Positions 1-10,176 of a stretch of 50,023 nt of DNA are shown in pieces. Each line of letters begins with the position of its first letter. The first letter of the stretch is position 1. Source of the DNA: an uncultured Tissierella sp. (lineage in GTDB: Bacteria > Bacillota > Clostridia > Tissierellales > Tissierellaceae); assembly GCA_964540195.1 (NCBI GenBank), contig CAZIMA010000001.1, positions 1 to 50,023 of the forward strand. The letters run 5' to 3'. The position numbers and the translations under genes were made by a program. Below the pieces are notes generated by a model. It was not told where the DNA came from. It did not search any database and was given only the letters and a program-made list of their open reading frames with translations.

Positions 1-1
1 C

Positions 2-409
2 TTAAGTAAGTCTAGCAACGAATCCTTTGCAAGAGTGGTGGTAGCAGCATTTGCTGCACAATTAGACCCTACTCTTGAGGAATTGGCAGATATAAAAACT
101 GCTGTTTCAGAAGCCGTTACCAATGCAATAATCCATGGATATGAATATGGGCAAGGGCTGGTAATTTTGGAGGCCAGTATAGAAGGAGACCTGTTGGAGA
201 TAATAATAAAAGACAATGGAAAGGGAATTGGGGATATAGAGAAAGCCATGGAACCTTTTTATACTTCTAAACCTGAAATGGAAAGGTCCGGTATGGGCTT
301 TACGGTTATGGAGACTTTTATGGATGAGCTTAAAGTAGAGAGTGGAAATGAAACGGGAACTACTGTCATTATGAGAAAGAGAATAAAAAGCTCTATTGAT
401 AAGGAGTAG
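2..409 (+). CDS. spoIIAB: anti-sigma F factor SpoIIAB (5'-truncated by window)
   Basis: Frame open from base 2 ([17 protein letters not shown]); [18 protein letters not shown] and [15 protein letters not shown] motifs; directly upstream of sigF. Confidence 0.97.
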   Translation, partial: LSKSSNESFARVVVAAFAAQLDPTLEELADIKTAVSEAVTNAIIHGYEYGQGLVILEASIEGDLLEIIIKDNGKGIGDIEKAMEPFYTSKPEMERSGMGFTVMETFMDELKVESGNETGTTVIMRKRIKSSIDKE

Positions 410-414
410 ATAAT

Positions 415-1167
415 ATGAGTTCAGGGGGAAAGGTTTTATTATCCCATGAAGAGACTATAGACCTTATAAAGAAGTCTCAAAGTGGTGATAAGATAGCAAA
501 GGAAATATTGGTAGAATCCAATTTAGGACTTATACGATCTGTAATCAAGGGATTTGCCAATAGGGGGTTGGATTTTGAGGATATATTTCAGATTGGGAGT
601 ATTGGATTATTAAAGGCTATAGATAAATTCGATTTAAGCTTTGAAGTAAAATTTTCTACTTATGCAGTTCCCATGATTGTAGGAGAGATTAAAAGGTTTT
701 TAAGGGATGATGGAATCATAAAGGTAAGTCGGTCTTTAAAACAAGTGGCTTATATGGCTAAGGCAGCAGAAGAAAGACTTTCCAAGGAATTAGGTAGGGA
801 GCCCACTATTCAAGAGATATCCGATGCAATAGGTGTGGAAAAAGAAGAAATAGTAATGGCTATAGAATCTACCTATCATCCGGAATATCTTTATGATGTA
901 GTTCATGAAAACGACGGCACTCCATTATACTTAATAGATAAATTGAGTAAGGATGACGATGGAGAAACGGAAATAGTGGATAATATCGTCCTAAAGGACA
1001 TGCTCAATACCCTAAAAGAGAGGGACAGAAAGATTATCCTTTTAAGATATTTTAAGGACAAGACCCAAAGTGAGGTTGCTTCAGTTCTTGGCATATCACA
1101 AGTACAGGTTTCTAGAATAGAAAAGAAAATAGTTGAAGAGATGAGGACATATCTTGCAAAGGCATGA
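415..1167 (+). CDS. sigF: RNA polymerase sporulation sigma factor SigF
   Basis: DIFQIGSIGLLKAIDKFD, FSTYAVPMIVGEIKRFLRDDGIIKVSRSLK, SQVQVSRIEKK; follows spoIIAB. Confidence 0.96.
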   Translation: MSSGGKVLLSHEETIDLIKKSQSGDKIAKEILVESNLGLIRSVIKGFANRGLDFEDIFQIGSIGLLKAIDKFDLSFEVKFSTYAVPMIVGEIKRFLRDDGIIKVSRSLKQVAYMAKAAEERLSKELGREPTIQEISDAIGVEKEEIVMAIESTYHPEYLYDVVHENDGTPLYLIDKLSKDDDGETEIVDNIVLKDMLNTLKERDRKIILLRYFKDKTQSEVASVLGISQVQVSRIEKKIVEEMRTYLAKA

Positions 1168-1180
1168 TATGTCTTTTTTT

Positions 1181-1209
1181 GAATAAGTAATCATAAATAG
1201 CTAATAATA
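1181..1209 (+). promoter_or_regulatory. putative forespore (SigF/SigG-type) promoter of the spoVA operon
   Basis: GAATA-N14-GCTAATAATA upstream of a small ORF and spoVAA. Confidence 0.5.
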
Positions 1210-1225
1210 TATTTAGGTGATGAAG

Positions 1226-1378
1226 ATGATGACTATTAATAAAAAAATAATGACAACACTTTCCATTTTATTGCTGATAACCATAACAATAGTGGCCATA
1301 ATGAACATCAATCAAAATAAGTCTACTAATGTTCCCAAGAGTGCTACTTTAGTCATGAATAGGTTGGATGATTATTAA
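1226..1378 (+). CDS. small single-TM hypothetical protein (50 aa), not in ORF track
   Basis: RBS AGGTGA at 1215-1220; MMTINKKIMTTLSILLLITITIVAIMNINQNKSTNVPKSATLVMNRLDDY; TAA overlaps the spoVAA ATG (TAATG). Confidence 0.7.
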   Translation: MMTINKKIMTTLSILLLITITIVAIMNINQNKSTNVPKSATLVMNRLDDY

Positions 1379-2013
1379 TGGAAAAAGAAAAAGTATATAT
1401 AGGATTATTGAATAAAAAAAGCTTGGCTACTAATGAATCCATTTATATAAGGGATTTGGGACAGGTTTATTCTAAGGATAGTGGATTAAAGAAGAAGGTT
1501 GAGAATACTAAAGTTTACTCATCTAAGGAAGAAGAAACCTGGGACTATATTACCGGTTTAAATATTCTTGGAATCCTTCTGGAGAAATATCCAAATATAG
1601 ATATAGAACTATATGGGGCAGACCAGGTTATCCTTGAAATAAAATCTAAGGAGAAGAGAAATGGTCTATTTCAAGTTCTAAAACTCCTATTTGTATGCAC
1701 CACCTTGTTCTTTGGAGCTGCCTTGGGAATAATGTACTTCCATGAGGATGTAAATATGATAGAGGCTATGGAAAGCCTATATTTTGCCTTCACAGGCGAA
1801 AAAAAAGATAATCCCCTATTAATGAGCGTACCATATTCACTAGGCTTAGGTATAGGGATGTTTACCTTCTTTACAAGGGTTAAGAGCTCCAGCAAGAGAA
1901 GGCGTATGGAACCGGGACCCATGGATGTAGAATTATATTTATATGATGATGATCTGGAAGCCTATATTAAGAATGAACTCATGGAAAATATGGATAAAAT
2001 ACCTAAGGATTGA
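1378..2013 (+). CDS. spoVAA: stage V sporulation protein AA
   Basis: FFGAALGIMYFHEDV, PYSLGLGIGM and EPGPMDVE motifs; operon position. Confidence 0.85.
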   Translation: MEKEKVYIGLLNKKSLATNESIYIRDLGQVYSKDSGLKKKVENTKVYSSKEEETWDYITGLNILGILLEKYPNIDIELYGADQVILEIKSKEKRNGLFQVLKLLFVCTTLFFGAALGIMYFHEDVNMIEAMESLYFAFTGEKKDNPLLMSVPYSLGLGIGMFTFFTRVKSSSKRRRMEPGPMDVELYLYDDDLEAYIKNELMENMDKIPKD

Positions 2014-2017
2014 TAAG

Positions 2018-2431
2018 ATGAAAAATATTTTACCGATTATATCATCTTTTGGAGGAGGAGTATTAGTTGGTGGAGCATATGCAGCCTTTATAACCCTTAT
2101 AAAGATATTTCCCCGAATGATACAGCTTACAGAGACTAAAAGATATTTAAAGCTATATGAAATTATCTTCATGCTTAGCTCCTGGCTTTTTACATTAGCA
2201 TACTTTTATGGCTTCAATATAGGAATAAAGGCCTTAGTGCCTATAGTAGGCCTGTTTTCAGGTATATTTTTAGGAGTCTTTTCATCTGCCCTTGCAGAGA
2301 CCTTCAATGTTATACCTTCAATTTCCAAGAAATTTAAGATTAAAAAGCAAATGAAGCTAGTAATACTTTCCTTATTAGCAGGAAAGGTATGTGGAGCCCT
2401 ATATTATTTTATTTTCTTAGGAGGCATTTAA
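2018..2431 (+). CDS. spoVAB: stage V sporulation protein AB
   Basis: GGGVLVGG, FPRM, GIFLG..ALAETFNVIP, GKVCGAL; start moved to ATG 2018 behind AAGGA. Confidence 0.85.
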   Translation: MKNILPIISSFGGGVLVGGAYAAFITLIKIFPRMIQLTETKRYLKLYEIIFMLSSWLFTLAYFYGFNIGIKALVPIVGLFSGIFLGVFSSALAETFNVIPSISKKFKIKKQMKLVILSLLAGKVCGALYYFIFLGGI

Positions 2432-2868
2432 TGGATAAACTTAATAAAAAAGATTATAAAAATTATACGGATAAAAAAAGTCCAAAACCAACATATATAA
2501 AAAATATAGTTTTGGCCTTTATAGTAGGAGGAAGTATATGTACTATAGGACAAATAATTTTAAACTATTTTAAATCAACGGGCTTAGATCAAAAAATGGC
2601 TGGAGCAGCTACATCCCTAACCATGGTTTTTATCGGAGCCTTATTAACAGGGCTGGGAATCTACGACAAAATCGGTAAAATTGGAGGAGCAGGAGCTGCT
2701 ATTCCCATTACGGGTTTTGCCAATGCCATAGTTTCGCCGGCAATGGAATTCAAGAGAGAAGGTTTTATATTTGGCGTAGCAGCCAAGATGTTTATCTTAG
2801 CAGGACCGGTTTTAGTATATGGCATAGGTGGCTCTGTAATCGTAGGATTATTAAGTCTACTTTTTTAG
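2431..2868 (+). CDS. spoVAC: stage V sporulation protein AC
   Basis: AFIVGGSICTIGQ, GAGAAIPITGFAN, AMEFKREG, KMFILAGPV; start ATG 2431 coupled to the spoVAB stop. Confidence 0.95.
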   Translation: MDKLNKKDYKNYTDKKSPKPTYIKNIVLAFIVGGSICTIGQIILNYFKSTGLDQKMAGAATSLTMVFIGALLTGLGIYDKIGKIGGAGAAIPITGFANAIVSPAMEFKREGFIFGVAAKMFILAGPVLVYGIGGSVIVGLLSLLF

Positions 2869-2879
2869 GAGGTGATTAT

Positions 2880-3902
2880 ATGGCGATGAAGAGAGTTGGT
2901 AGTCAAACTGTAAAACTTGAAAACCCCCCATCTATTATTGGTTCATATAGCATAGTTGGACCTAAGGAGGGAGAGGGGCCTCTAAAGGACTATTTCGATT
3001 TGATCCTAGAAGAAGACCTTTGGGGGACCGAGTCCTGGGAAAAAGCGGAGTCTAAAATCCAAGAAGAATGTATAAAAGGAGCAATTAACCAGGCAGGCCT
3101 TTCTCCTAAAGATATTGACTATCTTATTTCAGGGGACCTACTGAATCAAATTGTAGCATCAGGATATTCTGCAAGACAATTGGCTATACCTTTTTTTGGC
3201 TTATACGGTGCTTGTTCTACTATGACCCAGTCCCTATCCTTAGGTGCCATGTTAATGGATGGAGGATTTGCAGATAAGATAGTATGTGCTACCTCCAGTC
3301 ATTTCTCCACTGCTGAAAGACAGTTTAGGTTTCCCCTGGAATATGGAAATCAAAGAAAGATGTCAGCCCAGTGGACTGTTACAGGTGCAGGTGCTACATT
3401 GATTTCCCCATCGGGTCCCGGACCCTATATTAAGTATATAACTACAGGTAAAATAATAGACCCGGGAATAAAGGATGCTGCTAATATGGGTGCAGCAATG
3501 GCACCTGCAGCAATGGATACCCTTATTAATCACTTTAAGGACACGGGAAGGGATCCCTCATATTATGATTTGATAATCTCAGGAGACTTAGGCTATGTAG
3601 GTAAGGATATAGTGATAGATATGATGAAGAAGGAAGGCTATGACCTATCAAAGAATTATACGGATTGCGGTGTTGAAATATTCGATCAAATTGAACAAGA
3701 TACCCATGCCGGGGGAAGCGGTTGCGGTTGCTCCGGCTCGGTTTTTAATGGATATATATTGAAGGAAATGAAAAAGGGAAAGTTCAACAAGATTTTAATC
3801 ATGTCCACTGGTGCCCTTCATTCAACACTTATAACTCAGCAAGGTGAGTCCATACCTGGGATAGCACATGCAGTGGCAGTTGAAAACAAGAGGGAAGGAT
3901 AG
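2880..3902 (+). CDS. spoVAD: stage V sporulation protein AD
   Basis: GPKEGEGPL, GDLLNQ, GACST, AERQFRFPLEYG, HAGGSGCGCS. Confidence 0.97.
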   Translation: MAMKRVGSQTVKLENPPSIIGSYSIVGPKEGEGPLKDYFDLILEEDLWGTESWEKAESKIQEECIKGAINQAGLSPKDIDYLISGDLLNQIVASGYSARQLAIPFFGLYGACSTMTQSLSLGAMLMDGGFADKIVCATSSHFSTAERQFRFPLEYGNQRKMSAQWTVTGAGATLISPSGPGPYIKYITTGKIIDPGIKDAANMGAAMAPAAMDTLINHFKDTGRDPSYYDLIISGDLGYVGKDIVIDMMKKEGYDLSKNYTDCGVEIFDQIEQDTHAGGSGCGCSGSVFNGYILKEMKKGKFNKILIMSTGALHSTLITQQGESIPGIAHAVAVENKREG

Positions 3903-3908
3903 ATAGAG

Positions 3909-4265
3909 ATGGAATATATAAAAGCATTTGCAGTCGGGGGCTTGATTTGCATCATAGGCCAGGTCATATTAGATAATACCAAACTCACACCTGCCCATAT
4001 CCTGGTGACATTTTTAATAATCGGCATAATTATGGGGGCTGTAGGCATATACGAACCTATAGCTAAATTTGGTGGAGCCGGTGCAACCATACCCATAAGT
4101 GGATTTGGGAATTCGCTTGCTAAAGGAGCTATCGAAGGGGCAAAATCCAAGGGGGTTATCGGTGCATTTACCGGTGGAATAGAAGCAGCGGCAGCAGGAA
4201 TAGCAGGTATAATCCTATTTGGATATATTATGGCAGTAATCTTCGACCCAAAGACAAAGAAGTAA
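3909..4265 (+). CDS. spoVAE: stage V sporulation protein AE (SpoVAEb-type)
   Basis: AFAVGGLICIIGQ, TPAHIL, GAGATIPISGFGNSL. Confidence 0.95.
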   Translation: MEYIKAFAVGGLICIIGQVILDNTKLTPAHILVTFLIIGIIMGAVGIYEPIAKFGGAGATIPISGFGNSLAKGAIEGAKSKGVIGAFTGGIEAAAAGIAGIILFGYIMAVIFDPKTKK

Positions 4266-4297
4266 AAAATGACAGTCCAAAATGGACTGTCATTTTT
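4265..4297. terminator. bidirectional intrinsic terminator between convergent spoVAE and PBP genes
   Basis: AAAAATGACAGTCCA-aaa-TGGACTGTCATTTTT perfect inverted repeat. Confidence 0.85.
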
Positions 4298-7223
4298 ATT
4301 CATTAAATAGTGGATTCAATGGAACTACTTCGTCGTTATTGCTGTTAGTGTTTCCGTTATTACCATTGTTGCCATTATTGTTAAACCATTCATTGAACCA
4401 TTCTTCCAGTGGATCAACAATTATTGTAGCTTCATTATGGTCTGTACAATAGGATGTAGGAGCATTATATTGATAATCACTTGGAACTATACCATTATGG
4501 TCTCCTGGATTATAAGGTGGAGTTCTTTGAATAAATATTCTGCTTGCTACACGGTCATCAGGACAATACTCATTTGCCAGACGGCCATTACCTGTATCTA
4601 CTTTCAGAGCCACATGCATATCGCAGTGTTTTGTAGGGACTGTTCCTTCGACGAATAGCTCGGTCTTTATAACACCTCTAGGGTCCCTAGCACATAAGTC
4701 CGTTGCAAGAAGACCGGATTGGGTACATATACTTGCCGATACAATCCCCCCAGGTCTTTCAAAGGTGGTTTTGCTTTCAAGCTTTTCGTGTACCCTTGTA
4801 TTGATATATTGCCATAGGGATGCAGCCGTGGCACTTCCCTTGGATATTGTAATCTTAGGTGAGTCATTTCCAATCCATACACCTGAAGCATAGTATGGAG
4901 TATAACCTACAAACCAGATATCAGCCTGCTCATTTGTGGTACCCGTCTTACCTGCTACAGCCATATTGGATAATTTAGCCCTTCCTGCTAGACCATTGGT
5001 AACCGTAGTTCTTAAAATATCTCCCATTATATATGCCACTTGAGGAGAGACTACTATGGTTTCTTTAGGAGTATTGTCCAATAAGAGGTTGCCGTTCTTA
5101 TCGATTATCTTGGTAAAGGCAATGGGCTCAACGTATTTCCCCCCATTGGCAATTGCACCAAAGGCTGCCGTTATCTCTAAAGGACTCATTCCCTTAGTCA
5201 TACCTCCTAAGCCAAGTGCCGAAAGATTTTCATCATTGGTAGTAGGGTTTTCGCTTCTGGTTATTATATTATCCCTTTCAGGATGAGCCGTGTTTACTAT
5301 GCCCATCTTTTCCAAGTAAGTCATTGAAGTAGCTATACCAATAGATTGGAGAGTCTTTACTGAGTTGACGTTTACTGATTGCTCCACACTCTTTCTTAAG
5401 GTATGCATTCCCCTATAACCCCGATACCAGTTTCTAGGCCAAAGATTACCCTTTCCATCATAAAATGGTATATCATCTATAGCTGAAGCTGCAGTATAAC
5501 CGTTATCAAGAGCCGGTAGATAAACGGCTAGAGGTTTAATAACGGAACCCGGTTGTCTGGCAGAATCTGTAGCCCTATTTAAAATCCTTTGACCCTCAAC
5601 ATCTCTTCCTCCAACTATGGCTTTAATATGTCCTGTCCTATAGTCTAAGATTGTTGTTGCTGATTGGGGTTGAACAATACCATCCTTAGCTATATAGAAG
5701 AATTTGCCATTGATTAGTATATTATCATTTTCAACCCTATAGAAGTCATCGTTCTTATCTAAAAAGACCTTTGAGATTCTAATGGACCTGTCATCATTTA
5801 GGCTAAACTCCCCTTCAGGAATAACTATAGACCCTACTGTATGGGTTACTAAATTCTTTCTTTGATCAATGGTATAATAGTCACTTACGTCTATATGTTT
5901 AGGATAAGGGGTAAGCTTTCTATTATTAATTACTATATCTCCATTATCCTCAAGGGTATAGGTTCCCTTTTCGATTATAAGTTCATAGTCTTCATTTATT
6001 AAATTTGCCTTTTTATAAAAAATCAAATTTCCCTTATCATCTAATACATTTCCTGCCTTATTTAAGTTCCAATCAACTAGGATAGGCCCTCTTATATTAG
6101 AAGTATTGCCTACAAGAACTTCAGTGAAGTTATCATATATATCCTCAAGTTGCTTTTGCATTTCTATATCTATAGTCGAATATATAGTCAAACCTCCGGC
6201 AAATAAAAGCTGCTCGGCTTCCTCCCCTGTATATCCCAATTTATCCTTAAGGGCTTCTTTTACCGTTGTCTTTACATAATCATTAAAGTAGGATGTGATA
6301 TCTGCATTCTTTTTCTCCTCAGGCTTAAGGCTTGTCTTAATATCCTGATTAATGGCTTCATCATACTGTGCTTGACTTATCTTTTCAAGCTCCAGCATCT
6401 TACTTAATACCAATCTTTGTCTTTCTACAGAAGTTGGGTTAAAAGCCAGAATATATCTAACACCCAAAATATCAATTTGGCCTACTTCGTAATGCTCATC
6501 AGGGTCATAGTTTTCAGGGTTAATTCTCATATAGGGTTGGTATATATTTGGCCCCTTTACTATACCGGCTATCAAAGCCGATTCAGCAACAGTAAGGTCT
6601 CCTACATCCTTAGAAAAATAGGTTCGTGCTGCTTCTTGGACTCCATAGGCATTTTGTCCAAAGGAACTCCTATTTAAATAGGCTTCAAGGATTTGGTCCT
6701 TAGTAAGTACCCTTTCCATCTTAAGTGCAAGATAGGCTTCAGTAATCTTTCTGGTCCAACTTACTTCGTTGGAAAGATACAGGTTTCTTGCAAGCTGTTG
6801 AGTTATGGTAGAGGCACCACGGAGGTTGCCGGATTTGAAATTATCCATAATAGCACCCATTATACCAAGGGGGTCTACTCCCATATGGTCATAAAATCTC
6901 TCATCTTCTATGGCTATAAAAGCATCCAGTAGGTGTTGTGGCATTTGATTTAGGGATACAACAGTTCTAAACTCAGGTGCTTGTATCTTTTCAATAAGGT
7001 TGCCATTGATATCCACTATATTGGATGTTTGGGCCAGGCTTGCATTTATATTGGATGGGTCAATATCCGGAGCATCCTTTACTATTGATAGGGCTATACC
7101 ACCCAGGGCACCCCCTGCTAACATACCACCAATTATAAATATAACTATAAGTATTTTAAAAGCTTTAAACACAGTAAACTCTCGCTTTCTTTTCTTTTTT
7201 CTTTCCTTATTTTCATCTGACAT
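4296..7223 (-). CDS. class A penicillin-binding protein (PBP1A family transglycosylase/transpeptidase)
   Basis: N-terminal TM; EDERFYDHMG, GASTITQQLARN and RKITE transglycosylase motifs; SVIK, SVN and KTG transpeptidase motifs; Cys-rich and Asn-rich C-terminus. Confidence 0.95.
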   Translation of the reverse strand: MSDENKERKKKRKREFTVFKAFKILIVIFIIGGMLAGGALGGIALSIVKDAPDIDPSNINASLAQTSNIVDINGNLIEKIQAPEFRTVVSLNQMPQHLLDAFIAIEDERFYDHMGVDPLGIMGAIMDNFKSGNLRGASTITQQLARNLYLSNEVSWTRKITEAYLALKMERVLTKDQILEAYLNRSSFGQNAYGVQEAARTYFSKDVGDLTVAESALIAGIVKGPNIYQPYMRINPENYDPDEHYEVGQIDILGVRYILAFNPTSVERQRLVLSKMLELEKISQAQYDEAINQDIKTSLKPEEKKNADITSYFNDYVKTTVKEALKDKLGYTGEEAEQLLFAGGLTIYSTIDIEMQKQLEDIYDNFTEVLVGNTSNIRGPILVDWNLNKAGNVLDDKGNLIFYKKANLINEDYELIIEKGTYTLEDNGDIVINNRKLTPYPKHIDVSDYYTIDQRKNLVTHTVGSIVIPEGEFSLNDDRSIRISKVFLDKNDDFYRVENDNILINGKFFYIAKDGIVQPQSATTILDYRTGHIKAIVGGRDVEGQRILNRATDSARQPGSVIKPLAVYLPALDNGYTAASAIDDIPFYDGKGNLWPRNWYRGYRGMHTLRKSVEQSVNVNSVKTLQSIGIATSMTYLEKMGIVNTAHPERDNIITRSENPTTNDENLSALGLGGMTKGMSPLEITAAFGAIANGGKYVEPIAFTKIIDKNGNLLLDNTPKETIVVSPQVAYIMGDILRTTVTNGLAGRAKLSNMAVAGKTGTTNEQADIWFVGYTPYYASGVWIGNDSPKITISKGSATAASLWQYINTRVHEKLESKTTFERPGGIVSASICTQSGLLATDLCARDPRGVIKTELFVEGTVPTKHCDMHVALKVDTGNGRLANEYCPDDRVASRIFIQRTPPYNPGDHNGIVPSDYQYNAPTSYCTDHNEATIIVDPLEEWFNEWFNNNGNNGNNGNTNSNNDEVVPLNPLFNE

Positions 7224-7397
7224 TAGTTACCTCCTGATAGTGTAAGTAAATAAATAAAAATTTCAGCAAACATATCATATTATATCATATATAATTTACA
7301 ATGTTAACAAGGAAAGAGTTACAGCCATACCGTATTTCTTTGATAAATAACCGGAAAAATGATATACTTATCTTAACAAATATTTGGTGGTGATAAA

Positions 7398-8675
7398 GTG
7401 ATAGAGGCAGCATTAGAAAGGGTTTTGATCGTAGGAGTAGAGCTTCCAAATGACGATATAGATATAAATACTTCTATGGATGAGCTACAGGAGTTGGTAA
7501 AGGCTGCAGGAGGAGTGGTTATCTCCAGGGTAATACAGAGGAAAGAAGGTATTCATCCAGCTCATTTTATTGGAAAAGGAAAGGCAGAAGAGATAAGGCA
7601 CTATTGTGATGAGTTGGATATCTCAACAGTTGTATTTAATGATGAATTAACTGGAGCCCAGCTAAGAAATTTAGAGAAGCTTATAGACAAGAAGATCGTT
7701 GATAGGACTAATCTAATACTGGATATATTTGCAAGCAGGGCAAATTCATCGGAAGGTAAATTACAAGTAAAGCTAGCCCAACTTAAATATCGACTACCTA
7801 GACTTATTGGTTACAGTGATTATCTCTCTAGAACAGGTGGAGGAATAGGTACCAGGGGGCCGGGAGAGCAAAAGCTGGAAACCGACAGAAGACATATTTT
7901 AAGGGAGATAGACAATATAGAAAGGCAGCTTAAGGAAGTAGAACAGGTTAGAAGGGTAAAGAGAAAGCAAAGGGAGGGTTCAAGCCTACCTATAGTAGCC
8001 CTGGTTGGCTATACTAATGCCGGCAAATCAACCTTGCTAAATGCATTGATGGAATCCAACGAAGAAAGTATGGATAAAAAAGAAGTCTATGTGGAGGATA
8101 TGTTATTTGCAACCCTTGACACATCCTTAAGGCGTTCACGCCTTCCTAATGGCCAAAGATTCTTGCTGACGGATACGGTAGGATTTGTATCCAAGCTTCC
8201 AACAAGACTTATCGAAGCCTTTAAGGGTACCCTTGAAGAAGTTAAATATGCAGATTTGCTCCTTCATGTTGTAGATGCATCCAGTAAGAATTTGGATATA
8301 CAGATTAAGACCACCCTGGATATTTTAAAGGACCTAAAGGTATTGGATAAGCCAATGATATTCGTATTTAACAAGATGGATAAGGTAGATATTCAAAACC
8401 TTATCTATGACCATAGTCTAGTGGAAAACAAAATATTTATTTCTGCCAAGAATGGAAAAAATTTAGGGGACCTTATGAAACTTATAGAAGAACTACTTCC
8501 TCAGCAATATAGGCAGGTAGACCTGAAAATTCCCTATGATAAGCAGGCCATAGTAAATTATTTTATGAACAACTATGATGTGAAGAATATGGAGTATATG
8601 GAAGAGGGGACCAGGATATCCTTGGTTATAAATGCCATAGATTATGAAAAATACAAGGAATATATTTTGAGTTAG
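7398..8675 (+). CDS. hflX: GTPase HflX
   Basis: GGGIGTRGPGEQKLETDRR, GYTNAGKST, FATLD, DTVGF, NKMD. Confidence 0.97.
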   Translation: MIEAALERVLIVGVELPNDDIDINTSMDELQELVKAAGGVVISRVIQRKEGIHPAHFIGKGKAEEIRHYCDELDISTVVFNDELTGAQLRNLEKLIDKKIVDRTNLILDIFASRANSSEGKLQVKLAQLKYRLPRLIGYSDYLSRTGGGIGTRGPGEQKLETDRRHILREIDNIERQLKEVEQVRRVKRKQREGSSLPIVALVGYTNAGKSTLLNALMESNEESMDKKEVYVEDMLFATLDTSLRRSRLPNGQRFLLTDTVGFVSKLPTRLIEAFKGTLEEVKYADLLLHVVDASSKNLDIQIKTTLDILKDLKVLDKPMIFVFNKMDKVDIQNLIYDHSLVENKIFISAKNGKNLGDLMKLIEELLPQQYRQVDLKIPYDKQAIVNYFMNNYDVKNMEYMEEGTRISLVINAIDYEKYKEYILS

Positions 8676-8686
8676 ATGGTGATACT

Positions 8687-9331
8687 TTGAAGGATGTTTA
8701 TCGTACTATAAAGGATTATGGTGAAGACGAGATAATAATAAACAAGTCCAGATTTATTGGATATGCATCTCCTATAGAGTCCGAAGAACAAGCTTTGGAC
8801 TTTATTGAGATGATTAAAACAAAACACAGGGATGCTACCCATAATGTTTATGCGTATGTATTTGGGGAGGATTCCAATATTCAACGCTTTAACGATGATG
8901 GGGAGCCTTCCGGAACTGCAGGTATACCGGTCCTTGAAGTCATAAAGAAGGAAGACCTAAGAAATGTAGTAGTAGTAGCTACCAGGTATTTTGGAGGAGT
9001 AAAGCTGGGAGGGGGAGGCTTGATTAGGGCCTATACCAAGACTGCTAAGATTGGGTTAGAAGCAGGTGGAATAGTGGATATGACCATTCACACTAGGCTT
9101 AAAATCACCATCCCCTATACCCTCTTTGGCAAGTTTGAAAACTTCTTGATGACAAGTGGCTATAGGTCGGAAGATATGGTATATAAAGAAGACGTTGAAA
9201 TCTATATATACGTCATGAATTCCAATTTGGAAAGCTTCACCAAGGAAGTAATGAATTTAACAAATGGATTGGGAGAAATAACCGGCCTGGATGAAAAACA
9301 CCTTCCTGCAAGAGATGGAATAAGAATATAG
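8687..9331 (+). CDS. yigZ: YigZ/IMPACT family protein
   Basis: KSRFIG, ATHNVYAY, DDGEPSGTAG, RYFGGVKLGGGGLIRAY. Confidence 0.93.
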   Translation: MKDVYRTIKDYGEDEIIINKSRFIGYASPIESEEQALDFIEMIKTKHRDATHNVYAYVFGEDSNIQRFNDDGEPSGTAGIPVLEVIKKEDLRNVVVVATRYFGGVKLGGGGLIRAYTKTAKIGLEAGGIVDMTIHTRLKITIPYTLFGKFENFLMTSGYRSEDMVYKEDVEIYIYVMNSNLESFTKEVMNLTNGLGEITGLDEKHLPARDGIRI

Positions 9332-9382
9332 TATAGAAAAGAATGGGTATAGATACTTAAGAGAATTTTGGAGGATGATAAT

Positions 9383-9772
9383 ATGACAATAATGGAAGAA
9401 ATTTTAGCTAAGAAAACTTGGGCTGTAGTAGGAGCAACACAAAAAAAAGATAAGTGGGGCTATAAGATATATAAGATTTTAAAGGCTCACGGGTATGAAA
9501 CCTATGGTGTTAGCCCTAATTATGATGAAATAGAAGGAGATAAGGCATATAGGTCTGTAAAGGATATACCGGCTAAGGTAGATGTTGTAGATATAGTAGT
9601 TTCACCAAAGATTAGCATCAATATCTTAGAAGAAGCAAAAGAAGCTAATATTGAATATATCTTCTTCCAGCCTGGTACCTATAATGAGGAAGTAATAGCT
9701 AAGGCAGAGGAGTTGGGATTAAAATACCTAACCGGAGAATGTATATACGCAACCTTGAGGGAAAGGGAATAG
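9383..9772 (+). CDS. CoA-binding protein (YccU/YneT-like)
   Basis: WAVVGAT, FFQPG and C-terminal CI motifs; RBS GGAGGA before ATG 9383. Confidence 0.85.
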   Translation: MTIMEEILAKKTWAVVGATQKKDKWGYKIYKILKAHGYETYGVSPNYDEIEGDKAYRSVKDIPAKVDVVDIVVSPKISINILEEAKEANIEYIFFQPGTYNEEVIAKAEELGLKYLTGECIYATLRERE

Positions 9773-9813
9773 GGAATAGGGAATAGTTAGTAGGAATAAG
9801 CCCGGGGTGTTTT

Positions 9814-10176
9814 TTAGCCTTCCTTGGGCTTATTTTTTTTGAATAATTCTAGAATTCCTATAAGGAGGAGAAAGATTCCAAAGTAGGTTCTTAGTCTATC
9901 CTCTTCTATTAAATTAGCGATTATAGCCCCTATAAGTGCCCCTACAAGGCCTCCAACAATTATCCACTTGTTCTTTTTAACATCCAGATTCCCTTCCTTC
10001 TTATGGGTTAGGAGGGCAATTATAGAAACTGGTATAAAGACAAATAAGTTTACACCTTGGGCAGTAAGTTGACTTACATCTTGAAGGAGAACTAGAGAAG
10101 GAATAAGAATTACCCCTCCCCCTATACCCATACCGCTTATAATTCCTGAGAACAATCCGATTAAAATTAGTTTCAT
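9814..10176 (-). CDS. sulfite exporter TauE/SafE family half-size membrane protein
   Basis: GIISGMGIGGGVILIP motif, hydrophobic; overlaps partner by 4 bp. Confidence 0.85.
   Translation of the reverse strand: MKLILIGLFSGIISGMGIGGGVILIPSLVLLQDVSQLTAQGVNLFVFIPVSIIALLTHKKEGNLDVKKNKWIIVGGLVGALIGAIIANLIEEDRLRTYFGIFLLLIGILELFKKNKPKEG

Noticed and set aside
9764-9784. AGGGAAT x3 tandem repeat at the end of the CoA-binding gene
   Set aside because: Short slippage duplication around the stop codon between convergent genes; no coding or promoter consequence
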